DNA of 53,537 bases from a virus (lineage: Duplodnaviria > Caudoviricetes): IMG/VR virus record IMGVR_UViG_3300025459_000008, positions 1 through 53,537 of that record; one strand, given 5' to 3'. This document shows positions 17,605 through 26,936 of the stretch, in pieces. The notes below the pieces were generated by a model. It was not told the origin of the DNA. It was given only the letters and a program-made list of their open reading frames with translations, and did not search any database. The position numbers were made by a program, and so were the translations under genes. Each line of letters starts with the position of its first letter. Position 1 is the first letter of the stretch.

Positions 17605-18508
17605 AGCTGCCGAAGCGGTGCACAAGGCCGAGTTAAAAAAAGCGGTGACGGCCAAGACCCGAACCGGCATGGGCTTCGAGGACCTCGCAAATGAATACCT
17701 CGACTACGGAATTAGAAGATTTGCTCCAAAGACTTACAAGTATAAATCCTATGTCTTTAAAGAATTCATTAGGGTCATGGGAGATTTACCCCTCTCCCGG
17801 ATCTCGGTGTCTGTGCTGGAGATTTATCTACGATCTCGGCGAACTAATGTCAATTATAACCGGCATAGAAAAGATCTCTGTGCGCTGCTGGTTTGGGCAT
17901 GGAAAAGGCAAAAGATTGAGCAAAATCCGTGTTTCTTCCTGGAGAAGATGCCGGAGCCTCAGTTCATCCGGCAAATACCCACGCCTGATGAGATGCGCCG
18001 CCTCCTGCTGGCGGCAGGGGAGGACCGGCCATTAATCCTCGTCCTCTATCACACCCTGGCCCGAATAGACGAGGCGCTGAGGCTCCGCTGGGAGGATGTG
18101 AATTTCCAGGAGCGCACGGTGCGACTATGGACCAGGAAGCGCAGGGATGGGGCCTGGGCTGCCGATACGCTACCCATGAATCAGGTGCTATACGACACCC
18201 TCTGGGGCCTGTGGCGGGCACGAGAGCAAGCGGAGTGGGTATTCTACAACGAGAAGACACGGACTCGGTATATGAGACGCCCCAAGTTGATGCGCACCCT
18301 TTGCCGGAGGGCGGGGATAAGATATTTCAATTTTCATTCCATTCGCGCATATGTAGCTTCTTTACTCCACGATTCAAAGAAGGTAAGCACAATAGTAATA
18401 TCCAAATTATTGCGTCACAAGAGTCTTCAAACCACCGAAATATATATAAAAAGTATGGACAAAGGGATGCAAGATGCGATAGAATTACTAGAGAAAATTC
18501 AGTATTAA
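17507..18508 (+). CDS. int: tyrosine recombinase/integrase
   Basis: Catalytic R (ARIDEA), HSIR, LRHKS..TTEIY; N-terminal arm-binding WRYRF. Confidence 0.92.
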   Translation: MPCWREKKGWRYRFQYQGKKFNKAWFRTKAQARAAEAVHKAELKKAVTAKTRTGMGFEDLANEYLDYGIRRFAPKTYKYKSYVFKEFIRVMGDLPLSRISVSVLEIYLRSRRTNVNYNRHRKDLCALLVWAWKRQKIEQNPCFFLEKMPEPQFIRQIPTPDEMRRLLLAAGEDRPLILVLYHTLARIDEALRLRWEDVNFQERTVRLWTRKRRDGAWAADTLPMNQVLYDTLWGLWRAREQAEWVFYNEKTRTRYMRRPKLMRTLCRRAGIRYFNFHSIRAYVASLLHDSKKVSTIVISKLLRHKSLQTTEIYIKSMDKGMQDAIELLEKIQY

Positions 18509-18582
18509 GATTGACGAGCCGAGGGGGTGCGCTAACACCGCCCCCGGCTCTCCCCACAACCAACCTGCAAGGAGGTTCGGCC

Positions 18583-19137
18583 ATGAGTGATTCTCAATTT
18601 AGCAGACTTGGCGAAAATTGGAAAGCAATTTCTGGATTTCCTGGATATGAGGTTTCGGACCAGGGACGGGTTAGGTCTTACTTAAAATCCAGGGGAAGAA
18701 ACTTAGGAACCTATATTAGCACGACCGCGCAGAAAATCTTAAAACCTCATCCTGATCGTTTTAACCGATTAGCTTTGTATTTACGAAAAGATGGAAAAAC
18801 CTATCGAATTTTTATTCATAGGTTAGTACTGATCGCCTTTGTTAGTCCTTGTCCTTTGGGCATGGAAACCTGTCACAATGACGGCAATCCTGCCAACAAT
18901 AATTTAACAAACCTACGATGGGATACAAGGCGTAATAATGCCCAAGATACGATAATTCATGGAACTGTTTTGGCCGGAAGTAAAAACCCTCGGGCCAAAC
19001 TTAACGAATCTCAAGTTATCCAAATCAGAGAAATGGCGGCTAATGGAATTGCCAACAAAAGACTTGCGGAAATGTTTTCTGTTTATCCAGAACATATTAG
19101 CGGGATTATTCATCGCAAATATTGGACGCATATATAG
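18583..19137 (+). CDS. NUMOD4-HNH homing endonuclease
   Basis: WKAISGFPGYEVSDQGRVRS, IHRLV, CHNDGNPANNNLTNLRW; AAGGAGG RBS. Confidence 0.9.
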   Translation: MSDSQFSRLGENWKAISGFPGYEVSDQGRVRSYLKSRGRNLGTYISTTAQKILKPHPDRFNRLALYLRKDGKTYRIFIHRLVLIAFVSPCPLGMETCHNDGNPANNNLTNLRWDTRRNNAQDTIIHGTVLAGSKNPRAKLNESQVIQIREMAANGIANKRLAEMFSVYPEHISGIIHRKYWTHI

Positions 19138-19138
19138 A

Positions 19139-19215
19139 TGGTCGGGGCGGGCGGATTCGGACCGCCGACTTCCTGGTCCCAGGCCAGGCGCGCTTCCAGA
19201 CTGCGCTACGCCCCG
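19139..19215 (-). tRNA. tRNA-Pro(UGG), non-canonical (C33, C55); candidate attP region
   Basis: Full cloverleaf CGGGGCG/CGCCCCG, GCGC/GCGC, CCUGG-CCUGGGA-CCAGG, GGCGG-UCCGAAU-CCGCC, ACCA end. Confidence 0.88.
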
Positions 19216-19445
19216 ACATTTAAATTTACCAAAAAACGGAGCAGGCTCCCATGAAAATTCCCTTGAAGTCAGGAAAAGTCGATGAATAGTGCAAGAGGTC
19301 CGTCTCCCAAGGCAGTCCCTCCATCCCTAAACCCCTTTAACGACGCATGGTTGACGTGCCCTTGCTGTCTGCAAACGACAGAAAGTGGCGCGGTTTTCGG
19401 TTTAGGCTCCCACAACGGTTCCCATGGAAAAAAGGGGTTGACCTG

Positions 19446-20105
19446 ATGCAGATTTTAATTGGGGATACCTCTGAAAAAAGAATTAAACGCATCTGCCAAG
19501 AAACAGGCATGGGTCGTATGGTGGCGCAGAACTGGCCTGACCTTTATGAGGGGGAACCGTGGGGTTTTGACAACGGGGCTTGGGGTTTCAAAGACCTGCC
19601 AGGGGGTTTTGACGAGAAAACCTTTGTCAACCGTTTACAAAAGGCAGTTGGAAAATATAAGCGGCCTTATCTTGCTGTTTGCCCTGACATTGTGGCGGGG
19701 GGCATGAAGTCGCTTGAGTTCTCGATGAAATGGTTTTATCAACTCCCGGAATGGCCTTGGTATCTAGCAGTGCAGGACGGAATGGAAGTCGTGGCGGTTA
19801 TGGAGGTGATTGACCAGTTTGCAGGTATCTTTTTGGGCGGGACCGACGAATACAAGAGATATGCTGGGTATTGGTGTCAACTGGCCCATCACTGCGGGAA
19901 GAAGTTTCACTATGGCCGAGCTGGCACTCTGAACAAGTTGGCTCATGCTATCATGGTAAAGGCGGATTCTCTTGATTCTGCTTTTCCGTTGTGGACTAAG
20001 AATAGGCTTTTTAGTTTTATTCAGGCTATTTCGCAACAGCACTTTGACTTGACCATATTTGCCCCGCATCCTGAAAGAGGTCAAGGGTCTCTAGTTCAAA
20101 TTTAG
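19446..20105 (+). CDS. TGT-fold/DpdA-related protein (putative base-exchange enzyme)
   Basis: FDNGAW, CPDIVAGG, AVQDG, IFLGGT, FHYGR and DSLDS motifs in TIM-barrel order. Confidence 0.5.
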   Translation: MQILIGDTSEKRIKRICQETGMGRMVAQNWPDLYEGEPWGFDNGAWGFKDLPGGFDEKTFVNRLQKAVGKYKRPYLAVCPDIVAGGMKSLEFSMKWFYQLPEWPWYLAVQDGMEVVAVMEVIDQFAGIFLGGTDEYKRYAGYWCQLAHHCGKKFHYGRAGTLNKLAHAIMVKADSLDSAFPLWTKNRLFSFIQAISQQHFDLTIFAPHPERGQGSLVQI

Positions 20106-20193
20106 TGTCTCTCGCCGGCCTATGTGGCCATGAGCGAGAAGCAATTCGGGAAGGTTCTGGCCCATTACGGCGCGATGATGAGGGAGAACTGAG

Positions 20194-20502
20194 ATGACAC
20201 AAAAAGAGTTAATTGAATTGGCCATTGCTTATAGATGGGAAAAACTTACGGCTGTGAATACGGGAGGACAATTCACAATACTAAGAAAAGGGAAATACGA
20301 GTTATGGCTTAAAGGCGATGTCTGTAATATTTTGGAAAACGATAGTTATTCACATGGTATGGGCAGGGGTATGATGTATTTATCAAAAGCAAAAGTCCAT
20401 CCAAACCCTTGGGTGATTGGACTTTTCGGCCCCATTGTTGGGCGCTGGTTTTCTTTGAAAGCTAATAAATTTCTTAGCTATGACCCAAGATTTAGCCTAT
20501 AA
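20194..20502 (+). CDS. hypothetical protein
   Basis: 102 aa with RBS. Confidence 0.5.
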   Translation: MTQKELIELAIAYRWEKLTAVNTGGQFTILRKGKYELWLKGDVCNILENDSYSHGMGRGMMYLSKAKVHPNPWVIGLFGPIVGRWFSLKANKFLSYDPRFSL

Positions 20503-20844
20503 ATGGTTTTGCCCGATCCTCCAGGTCCGCACCCTGCGCCATCCCTGCAAGGCGCGGCTGGCGGCGCTTAGGTTTAAAAGGTCGGTGGCCTCGAATGCGG
20601 CGCTTTATTTCAACAACTACCAATGTCTGGAATGCAAAGGGAAGAAGCTGGTGAGGCTTAAAGGAGATACCAATGGTCATTGAAATTCTTGGCGAGGCAG
20701 GGCGGAAGGTTAAATTCTGCAAGGCCGGTACTTGTCTTGGATATGAACAAACTATGCTGGCAATTTTTAAGGGCGATGAAATGCTGGCTTCGGTTATCCT
20801 GCCCATTTCTGAAATGATTGAAGGATTCCAGAAAATCCAATTCA

Positions 20845-21096
20845 ATGAAAATCCTGAGCATGAAAAAACTTAACGGCCCGGGTGATCTGCGCGCCGACTT
20901 TTCAGCGGAGTTTGGCGAACCGCCTTGGCTGGTTATCCGGGGTATGAAACTATTCAAGAGAAACACTGGCCTCTGGCCCACCATGCCCGGCGTCAAATAT
21001 CAAGGCTGCTGGGAATATCATGTCAACATCATTAACCCGGAAACCTTCAACGAACTAGCCCGGCTGGCTCAAGAGTTCTATGATAATTTACCATAA
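20845..21096 (+). CDS. SpoVG-family nucleic-acid-binding protein
   Basis: MKI..K...GDLRADFS..LVIRGMKL..GLWPTMP..INPETFNEL..EFY follows the SpoVG pattern. Confidence 0.65.
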   Translation: MKILSMKKLNGPGDLRADFSAEFGEPPWLVIRGMKLFKRNTGLWPTMPGVKYQGCWEYHVNIINPETFNELARLAQEFYDNLP

Positions 21097-21300
21097 TTTA
21101 CCAATGTTATCAAAATTAGTTAAGATTACCCATTTTTACTAAATGACAAATTTGTTACCGAGATTACCGGGTTTTGACCATTTGTTACCATGTCGCGGAT
21201 AACTTGTTACCATCTAGGTTTGGCATACTCGGTGCAATTATATAACCGGGCGCGCGCACGCGGTTAACCGCACGGTTAATCCACGCAGTTAATATATTTT
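21083..21300. repeat. putative replication origin (iteron-like repeats)
   Basis: About ten TTACC-type units at roughly 10-bp spacing, then three GTTAA-containing repeats and an AT-rich tract upstream of the helicase. Confidence 0.6.
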
Positions 21301-21339
21301 AAATGCAAAAGCGATAAAGGCAAAACCAAGGACTTTATA

Positions 21340-22689
21340 ATGGTAAAAACCCAGCAAAAGCCCATAGAATCTAAAGAAGCTGAACAAACCGTGTTGGGTA
21401 GTCTGCTTATAGACCCCCAAAAAATTGCAGAGGTACTAGAAAAAATCAGAGCAGAGGATTTTTATTATTCCAATCATCAACTGATATTCAAAGCCATGAC
21501 CGATTTAGAAGAATCCGGGGCACCCATTGATTACCGATCTGTATGCGTGGCCTTAACCGAATCAGGGAAATTAGTCGAAGCTGGAGGCATGGATTTTTTG
21601 GTGAAGCTCTCAGAAGAGGTTGGTCATGCCGCTAATCTTTCCCACTTTGTCAATATAGTACATGAAAAATCTACATTAAGGCGATTAGCCGAGATTAGCA
21701 GCAAAATATATCACGCCTGCCATGAAGGGCGGAAACCCGATGAATTAATTATAAAGGCTCAGGAAAAATTAGCGGAGTTGTCAGCCGGAGCAGGCTGTAA
21801 AAGCGGCAATCTAACCGCGAAGGTTAGAGACTGGATTAAAATATCGCCTGGACAATTTGAAGTGCGGCAGATTTATAACGATTTGGCGATTATTGCGCCT
21901 GGGGATAAAAAGACGGTTCTTATGGCTCTTGGCCGCGCTGAAAAAGAAGATTTAATTGACAAAATTCCTGGCAAACGTGGTCATTACCGGATTAAGGAAA
22001 CTAATGTAAATAAAATAGATTTTCTTCATGCCGATCCTTCCAACTGGCTGGACCTCAAATTGCCGTTGGAGATTGATAAATATGTAAGACTGTTTCCCTC
22101 TAATATTGTAATAATTGCAGGGGAGAAAGGGATAGGCAAAACCTCATTTTGTTTAGATATGACACGGATGAATAAAACAAGATTCCCTGTAAATTATTTA
22201 TCAAGCGAAATGGGACCAGAAGAATTACGTAACCGTTTAGAGAGATTTGAATTGCCGATAGAAGAATGGACGGTAGTCAATTTTAGGGCAAGAAGAGATA
22301 ATTTTGCTGACCTGATAGAGCCTGATTCTATAAACGTAATTGATTATTTGGAAAAATACGATCAATTTTGGACTATCGCTTCGGATATTTGTGGGGTATT
22401 CGATAAATTAAATAAAGGGATATGTTTTATAGCTATCCAGAAAGATACGGGAGCGGAATCAGGCCGAGGAGGTATGTTTACTAGGGAAAAATGTAGGCTG
22501 CATTTGGCGCTATCTAGGAAAAAGGACCCGATTAAAGGAGTAGTCAATGAGGCCAAGATAGATGATGTGAAGGTCTTCGCCATGCCCGGGTATAACCCGA
22601 ATGGCCTTGTTTTAAAATATAAGTTAATCCAAGGCGCAAGATTTTCACTGGCAGAAACAGGTATTAGCAATGGAAAGGAAGGGTGGTAA
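21340..22689 (+). CDS. replicative helicase (DnaB N-terminal domain + central helical domain + RecA-like ATPase)
   Basis: EAEQTVLGSLL, EDFYYSNHQLIF; Walker A GEKGIGKT, YLSSEM, VIDYL. Confidence 0.85.
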   Translation: MVKTQQKPIESKEAEQTVLGSLLIDPQKIAEVLEKIRAEDFYYSNHQLIFKAMTDLEESGAPIDYRSVCVALTESGKLVEAGGMDFLVKLSEEVGHAANLSHFVNIVHEKSTLRRLAEISSKIYHACHEGRKPDELIIKAQEKLAELSAGAGCKSGNLTAKVRDWIKISPGQFEVRQIYNDLAIIAPGDKKTVLMALGRAEKEDLIDKIPGKRGHYRIKETNVNKIDFLHADPSNWLDLKLPLEIDKYVRLFPSNIVIIAGEKGIGKTSFCLDMTRMNKTRFPVNYLSSEMGPEELRNRLERFELPIEEWTVVNFRARRDNFADLIEPDSINVIDYLEKYDQFWTIASDICGVFDKLNKGICFIAIQKDTGAESGRGGMFTREKCRLHLALSRKKDPIKGVVNEAKIDDVKVFAMPGYNPNGLVLKYKLIQGARFSLAETGISNGKEGW

Positions 22690-22895
22690 ATGAAACCCTG
22701 TCCCCATCTGATTAACGGCAAGTGCGGCCATTTCTCATCGCTGCTTCAAGGCCGGCCATACCTTCAATGCGAATCTGTGCGCCTCATCAGGAATGGCTGC
22801 CAACTCAAGGTAGTTAGTCCCGGCGCGGCACCGGACGAGGGCCTGGCGGGGGAGATTAAACAGGGTTTAGAGAACACAGCAAAGGGAGCTTAATT

Positions 22896-23120
22896 ATGGC
22901 TATTCGCATTGAGACCAAAGAGGGCAAGCTGGTGGTGGAATATGGAGTTACAGAAATTTCTACTCGCAAGCAGAAATTTCTTTACAGGCTAAAGGGCACT
23001 GAACTACACCCCATGGCTTATTTCAAGGCTGATGCTGATGCCGAAGAATTTAAAGACTTTTTGAATAAGATAGGGAGCCTTATCAAGGGTATGCGGGTGG
23101 AGCGGGAAGGGGAGATGTGA
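22896..23120 (+). CDS. hypothetical protein
   Basis: 74 aa in operon. Confidence 0.45.
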   Translation: MAIRIETKEGKLVVEYGVTEISTRKQKFLYRLKGTELHPMAYFKADADAEEFKDFLNKIGSLIKGMRVEREGEM

Positions 23121-23517
23121 TGGCTAAATCCTGCTGGACTTGTGATAACTGGTTGCCCGAACCCTGGGATTTAATGCCGGAGCAGCGGGACGCTTGGTGC
23201 ATTATCAAATCTAAGCGTACCCTTTCTGATGATTTGTGCGGTGAACACAATAAAACCGGACCATTTGACGTCCTAACTGGGAGACCCTGGGTGCCTAAAA
23301 AGGATTAAGCGAGGAAAGTAATGTTTGATAATCTGCGCTTTAGTTATGATAAGGCTTTCAGTTATCACAAAATGGTAGGGACCATTGATGGTCACTTTTT
23401 CAGTCGGCGCATTTATGATATAGGAACGGGCAAACCCTATATTCTTATCAGCAATGAGAAATATTATTTAATGCTTGTTAGAAAAGAATCATTAGAAATG
23501 CTTATTGAGGATTTAAG

Positions 23518-24306
23518 ATGAGTTGGCCTGATGATTATATCCCTAACGGCTTCACGCCATTTCACATTGAGGATGCTGGCATAATCTTCAACTGTGATTG
23601 CCAAGAGATTCTGCCCAAGTTCCCTGATAACTGCATTGATTTAAGCATAACCAGCCCGCCCTATAATGTTGGCTTAGATTACGGAAACGGCTGGGCAAAA
23701 GATAGATTGAATGTTAGTGAATATAAAAATCATGCAGATTCTATAATGGTTTATTTAAATAGAATAACCAAAACAGGGGGTAGGTTCTGTATTGAAATTG
23801 GTGGAAGTGGTAGAAACCTGCCATTATCCTGGATTTGGCAGGATGCAGCATATAAAGCTCAATGGGGATTATTTAGTGAGATAACTATTCCTCATCGCAA
23901 AACTAATCCAACGGCGTGGGGGAGTTATCTAAAAGCAGACAATGTTTATACAATTCCTAATTTCCACATGGCATATATCTTTTATAAAGATTTAGAACGG
24001 AAAGAGGGCGATGTTACTGAAATCACGAAAGAGGAATTTGTTGAATGGACACGCGGCTATTGGAAAATAAATTATTCAGGCCGAGAAACTAATCATCCCG
24101 CGGAATTTCCCAAAGAATTACCAGCAAGGTTTATGAAATTGGTGGGTCATAGCTCCGATGTTATATTGGATTTTTATCTTGGTTCAGGGACAACTGCAGT
24201 AGCCGCCAAGGAATTAGGCCGCAAGTTTATCGGAGTGGAGATTAGTGAGGAGTATTGCGCCCTTTCGGTTAAGAGGTTGAGGCAAGGAGTAATGAACTTC
24301 GGATGA
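23518..24306 (+). CDS. DNA methyltransferase (N4-C/N6-A, beta group)
   Basis: TSPPY, HPAEFP, LDFYLGSGTT, FIGVEI. Confidence 0.92.
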   Translation: MSWPDDYIPNGFTPFHIEDAGIIFNCDCQEILPKFPDNCIDLSITSPPYNVGLDYGNGWAKDRLNVSEYKNHADSIMVYLNRITKTGGRFCIEIGGSGRNLPLSWIWQDAAYKAQWGLFSEITIPHRKTNPTAWGSYLKADNVYTIPNFHMAYIFYKDLERKEGDVTEITKEEFVEWTRGYWKINYSGRETNHPAEFPKELPARFMKLVGHSSDVILDFYLGSGTTAVAAKELGRKFIGVEISEEYCALSVKRLRQGVMNFG

Positions 24307-24663
24307 GAAGGAAAAGAAGATATGATGCTTTATATAGCTTTACTAATTAGCGCAGCGGGATTCTTTATGTGGGGGTTTTATTACTGTCGCTATAAGACTT
24401 TTATGCGACTTAAAAACTTTATTGGTAAAGGCAAGCTGGATTACTTCATAGTTTTGCAGATTCTTGCAAATGATCTGCCTAAAAAGGAAAAGGAGAAATG
24501 ATGAGCTGTATTCCATTGGATAAAAAGCCTCAATGCAAGTGGTTAACCTGTATTGCAGGAATGGGCGTAGCAGGCATGGGCGTCTGTTTTTTGCACGGGG
24601 ACACGGATAACCCCAAGTGCTCCAAATATGAAAATGAAACGGAATTTTTAGAGAGGTGGAAGA

Positions 24664-25020
24664 ATGCTGACGAAAACCTGTCCAGTCTGCAAGGAAGTAT
24701 TTGAGACAATTTATGCCCATCAAATTTACAACAAAAAACGGTGTGCCAACCTGGCTAACCGGCAGCGCCAGAAATTAAACGGGAAACATTACGAGTCGTC
24801 TATACATGACGGTAACTGGGGGTTTGAGCGGGAAGCTGATTATATTTTGCACCTTGGCACAAACCATTGGAGCGGGGCTGCTATGTCTCGGCGAGAACTT
24901 CTGCTGAGTTATATTAATACCATCCATCTCCGGACCGCTCCGTGGTGGCACAAGGTTTATAATTATGCCTGCAAGCTCTATCAAGAAGAGTTTGGGGAGA
25001 GGGGGATGCAGCGGGGATAA
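24664..25020 (+). CDS. zinc-finger hypothetical protein, last gene of the rightward early operon
   Basis: KTCPVCKEVF..QIY..RC. Confidence 0.5.
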   Translation: MLTKTCPVCKEVFETIYAHQIYNKKRCANLANRQRQKLNGKHYESSIHDGNWGFEREADYILHLGTNHWSGAAMSRRELLLSYINTIHLRTAPWWHKVYNYACKLYQEEFGERGMQRG

Positions 25021-25053
25021 AAAAAGAGAGCCAGGGCTTGCGGTCCCCGGCTC
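25019..25053 (-). terminator. intrinsic terminator at the convergence point
   Basis: GAGCCAGGG/CCCCGGCTC stem flanked by an A-run (U-tail on the minus strand). Confidence 0.55.
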
Positions 25054-25066
25054 CCGGGGTAGTGGG

Positions 25067-25273
25067 TTAAACCAGATTTTTAAAAGATGCTTTAAATTGG
25101 CTGTCTGCGGCTTTCCTCGCATGAGCTTCTGCCATCGCTGCTTTTTTAGTGCGAAACCAGTCACCCGCCCAACAACCGGGGCCGTCTGAAGCAGGTTCAC
25201 CAGAGCGGTAAACTTCTCCGCCAAACCAAGGGTGGGAACCTGTGCCTTTGTAAACTCCGAAATATTTATCCAT
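25067..25273 (-). CDS. small early protein
   Basis: 68 aa, AAGGAGG RBS. Confidence 0.6.
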   Translation of the reverse strand: MDKYFGVYKGTGSHPWFGGEVYRSGEPASDGPGCWAGDWFRTKKAAMAEAHARKAADSQFKASFKNLV

Positions 25274-25285
25274 CTTCCTGCCTCC

Positions 25286-25504
25286 TTACTCGATTGATAC
25301 CGGAAAGGTTATCGTCTCTCCCGCCGCAATCCGTCTCTTGATCCGGCGGACCTCGGGGTGGGTGCCTCGTGCTCTCTCTCGGTGCATGTCACAACGCACC
25401 CAATGATTTCGTTCTTCTCGGGTACGGAAGCGATTGATAAATTCCAAAGTACCCGCTCCTTCTTGGGGTTGGAAATGCTTAGCCCAAAACCATTGTTTCC
25501 TCAT
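25286..25504 (-). CDS. small basic early protein
   Basis: 72 aa, AGGAGG RBS. Confidence 0.6.
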   Translation of the reverse strand: MRKQWFWAKHFQPQEGAGTLEFINRFRTREERNHWVRCDMHRERARGTHPEVRRIKRRIAAGETITFPVSIE

Positions 25505-25562
25505 CTTTAAAACCCTCCTGTGGCTTCACCTAAGCTCCGTGGTGAGGCGATTGGGGTGGGGG

Positions 25563-25769
25563 TTAGCTCTCATGGTCATCCACAGTAATTTGGGCATCTA
25601 TAGCTTCCCGGTAATATTGGCGGAAGGGAATGCCGATCTCCCGCGCTTCCCTTGCTATTTCGCGTCGGTTTAAATAACTGGCGGCGCAACGCCTCGCAGT
25701 TGCAATGCTCCGGTGCCTGTGACCGCATGATTCCCGGTTCCCGACTCTATAATTTATCATCGTCTCCAT
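25563..25769 (-). CDS. small early protein
   Basis: SCGHRHRSIATARRC motif. Confidence 0.6.
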   Translation of the reverse strand: METMINYRVGNRESCGHRHRSIATARRCAASYLNRREIAREAREIGIPFRQYYREAIDAQITVDDHES

Positions 25770-25810
25770 CCTCTTTCTTGGAGGCCGGCCACCCGGCCTC
25801 CTGGTGGGGG

Positions 25811-26161
25811 TTAATTGCTGGCAGCCTTGAGATACTTTTCCGGGAAGCTGATGTTATAGCTGATGCGGCCACCATATTCCCCGGTTCTGCCAGTGATTTC
25901 TCGGAGTCTTTTGTCGAGGTCAACAGAAACGCGGCGCCATTCAATCTGACATTCTTCGCAGGTTTCAGGAAACTTTCGTCCCTCATTTTCTTGCTGGCAT
26001 CGGCAGGTTCCGGGTCTAGGTATATTGCAATAAATTTCTAACCAACCCCAGGCAGTCCCGGTCCCGTGTCCAACCCGTATATTAGGATAATCCCTCACTA
26101 GGGCTTTCTTGACGGCCTTGGTTTCCTCTTTGTGGTTTTCAAACTTTCTCCATCCGCTCAT
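25811..26161 (-). CDS. hypothetical early protein
   Basis: 116 aa, AAGGAGG RBS, VGHGTGTAWGWLEI. Confidence 0.65.
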   Translation of the reverse strand: MSGWRKFENHKEETKAVKKALVRDYPNIRVGHGTGTAWGWLEIYCNIPRPGTCRCQQENEGRKFPETCEECQIEWRRVSVDLDKRLREITGRTGEYGGRISYNISFPEKYLKAASN

Positions 26162-26193
26162 CGCCTTGCCCTCCTTGATTTTGCTTGCTTAAA

Positions 26194-26334
26194 TTATTTT
26201 CCCTTCTTTTCCTGCCGTGAAGTATCCCAATAAGGCGATTTGCACTTAGGACAGACCTTGGGGTGGTCCTGCTTTGTGGGCCAGGAGTGGCCGCAGCGAA
26301 AACACTCTTTGACTCGGATTTTAAACCAAGGCAT
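26194..26334 (-). CDS. 46-aa zinc-ribbon protein (not in the ORF track)
   Basis: MPWFKIRVKECFRCGHSW..PKVCPKCKSPYWD; GAGG RBS. Confidence 0.7.
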   Translation of the reverse strand: MPWFKIRVKECFRCGHSWPTKQDHPKVCPKCKSPYWDTSRQEKKGK

Positions 26335-26391
26335 TTTCTTCTTCCTCGCAAAAAAGCCCATTCCAACCCCGAAGGGTCAAGGTGGGATATG

Positions 26392-26523
26392 TTAGGTTTC
26401 TTTTTCCTTGGCAGCGTTTTTGCGTTTTTTATTAGCTTCTTTGGTAGCCTTCACCACTTTGCGTTGAGTTGCCGCCATGCGGACCGCCGCTTCCCAAACT
26501 TTTTCCCTAATCTTCGCATCCAT
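26392..26523 (-). CDS. 43-aa Lys-rich peptide
   Basis: AAGGAGG RBS; MDAKIREKVWEAAVRM. Confidence 0.5.
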   Translation of the reverse strand: MDAKIREKVWEAAVRMAATQRKVVKATKEANKKRKNAAKEKET

Positions 26524-26551
26524 CCCTTTATCCTCCTTTTGAATTAAGTCG

Positions 26552-26737
26552 TTTATCATGGCTCTTGGTGGTGGACCAGCTTCCAACTGGGACTCGCACC
26601 CTTTTAACCGCCCAGTTTGTATCAAAGGTGGCCTTGGATCTTGCAATGTTGCGCCCCTTACCCCTGGGTGTGTCGCTTGTCTTGCCTGGACCAGCACCAG
26701 TTTACGGACTTGCACCGACATCAAGAACCATGACAAA
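26552..26737 (-). ncRNA. candidate structured leader RNA
   Basis: 16-bp closing stem with G-U pairs on the minus strand; two GGUGCRAGUCC hairpins; lies just downstream of a promoter. Confidence 0.5.
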
Positions 26738-26773
26738 GAATTTAATTCGGTTTATCTATTTTTCTTGATTATT

Positions 26774-26803
26774 AGTATATGCACGACAGGGTATGCTTGT
26801 CAA
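26774..26803 (-). promoter_or_regulatory. sigma70-type promoter for the leftward small-gene cluster
   Basis: TTGACA-N18-TATACT. Confidence 0.6.
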
Positions 26804-26936
26804 GTATGTCAATATCGTCCAAAGGTTGATTTTTGTGAAACTTTATGTTTTTTTCTGAGATGGATTTGATAGTTCGGAAATATAAAAATAGTTCAGGAGG
26901 GGGTGCAAATCAGGACAAATTTTATGTCAGGTAGGA

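Noticed and set aside
18127-18582. N-terminal extension of the NUMOD4-HNH ORF overlapping int
   Set aside because: The strong RBS and domain start are at 18583; the extension is an alternative frame of the integrase with no protein-like features.
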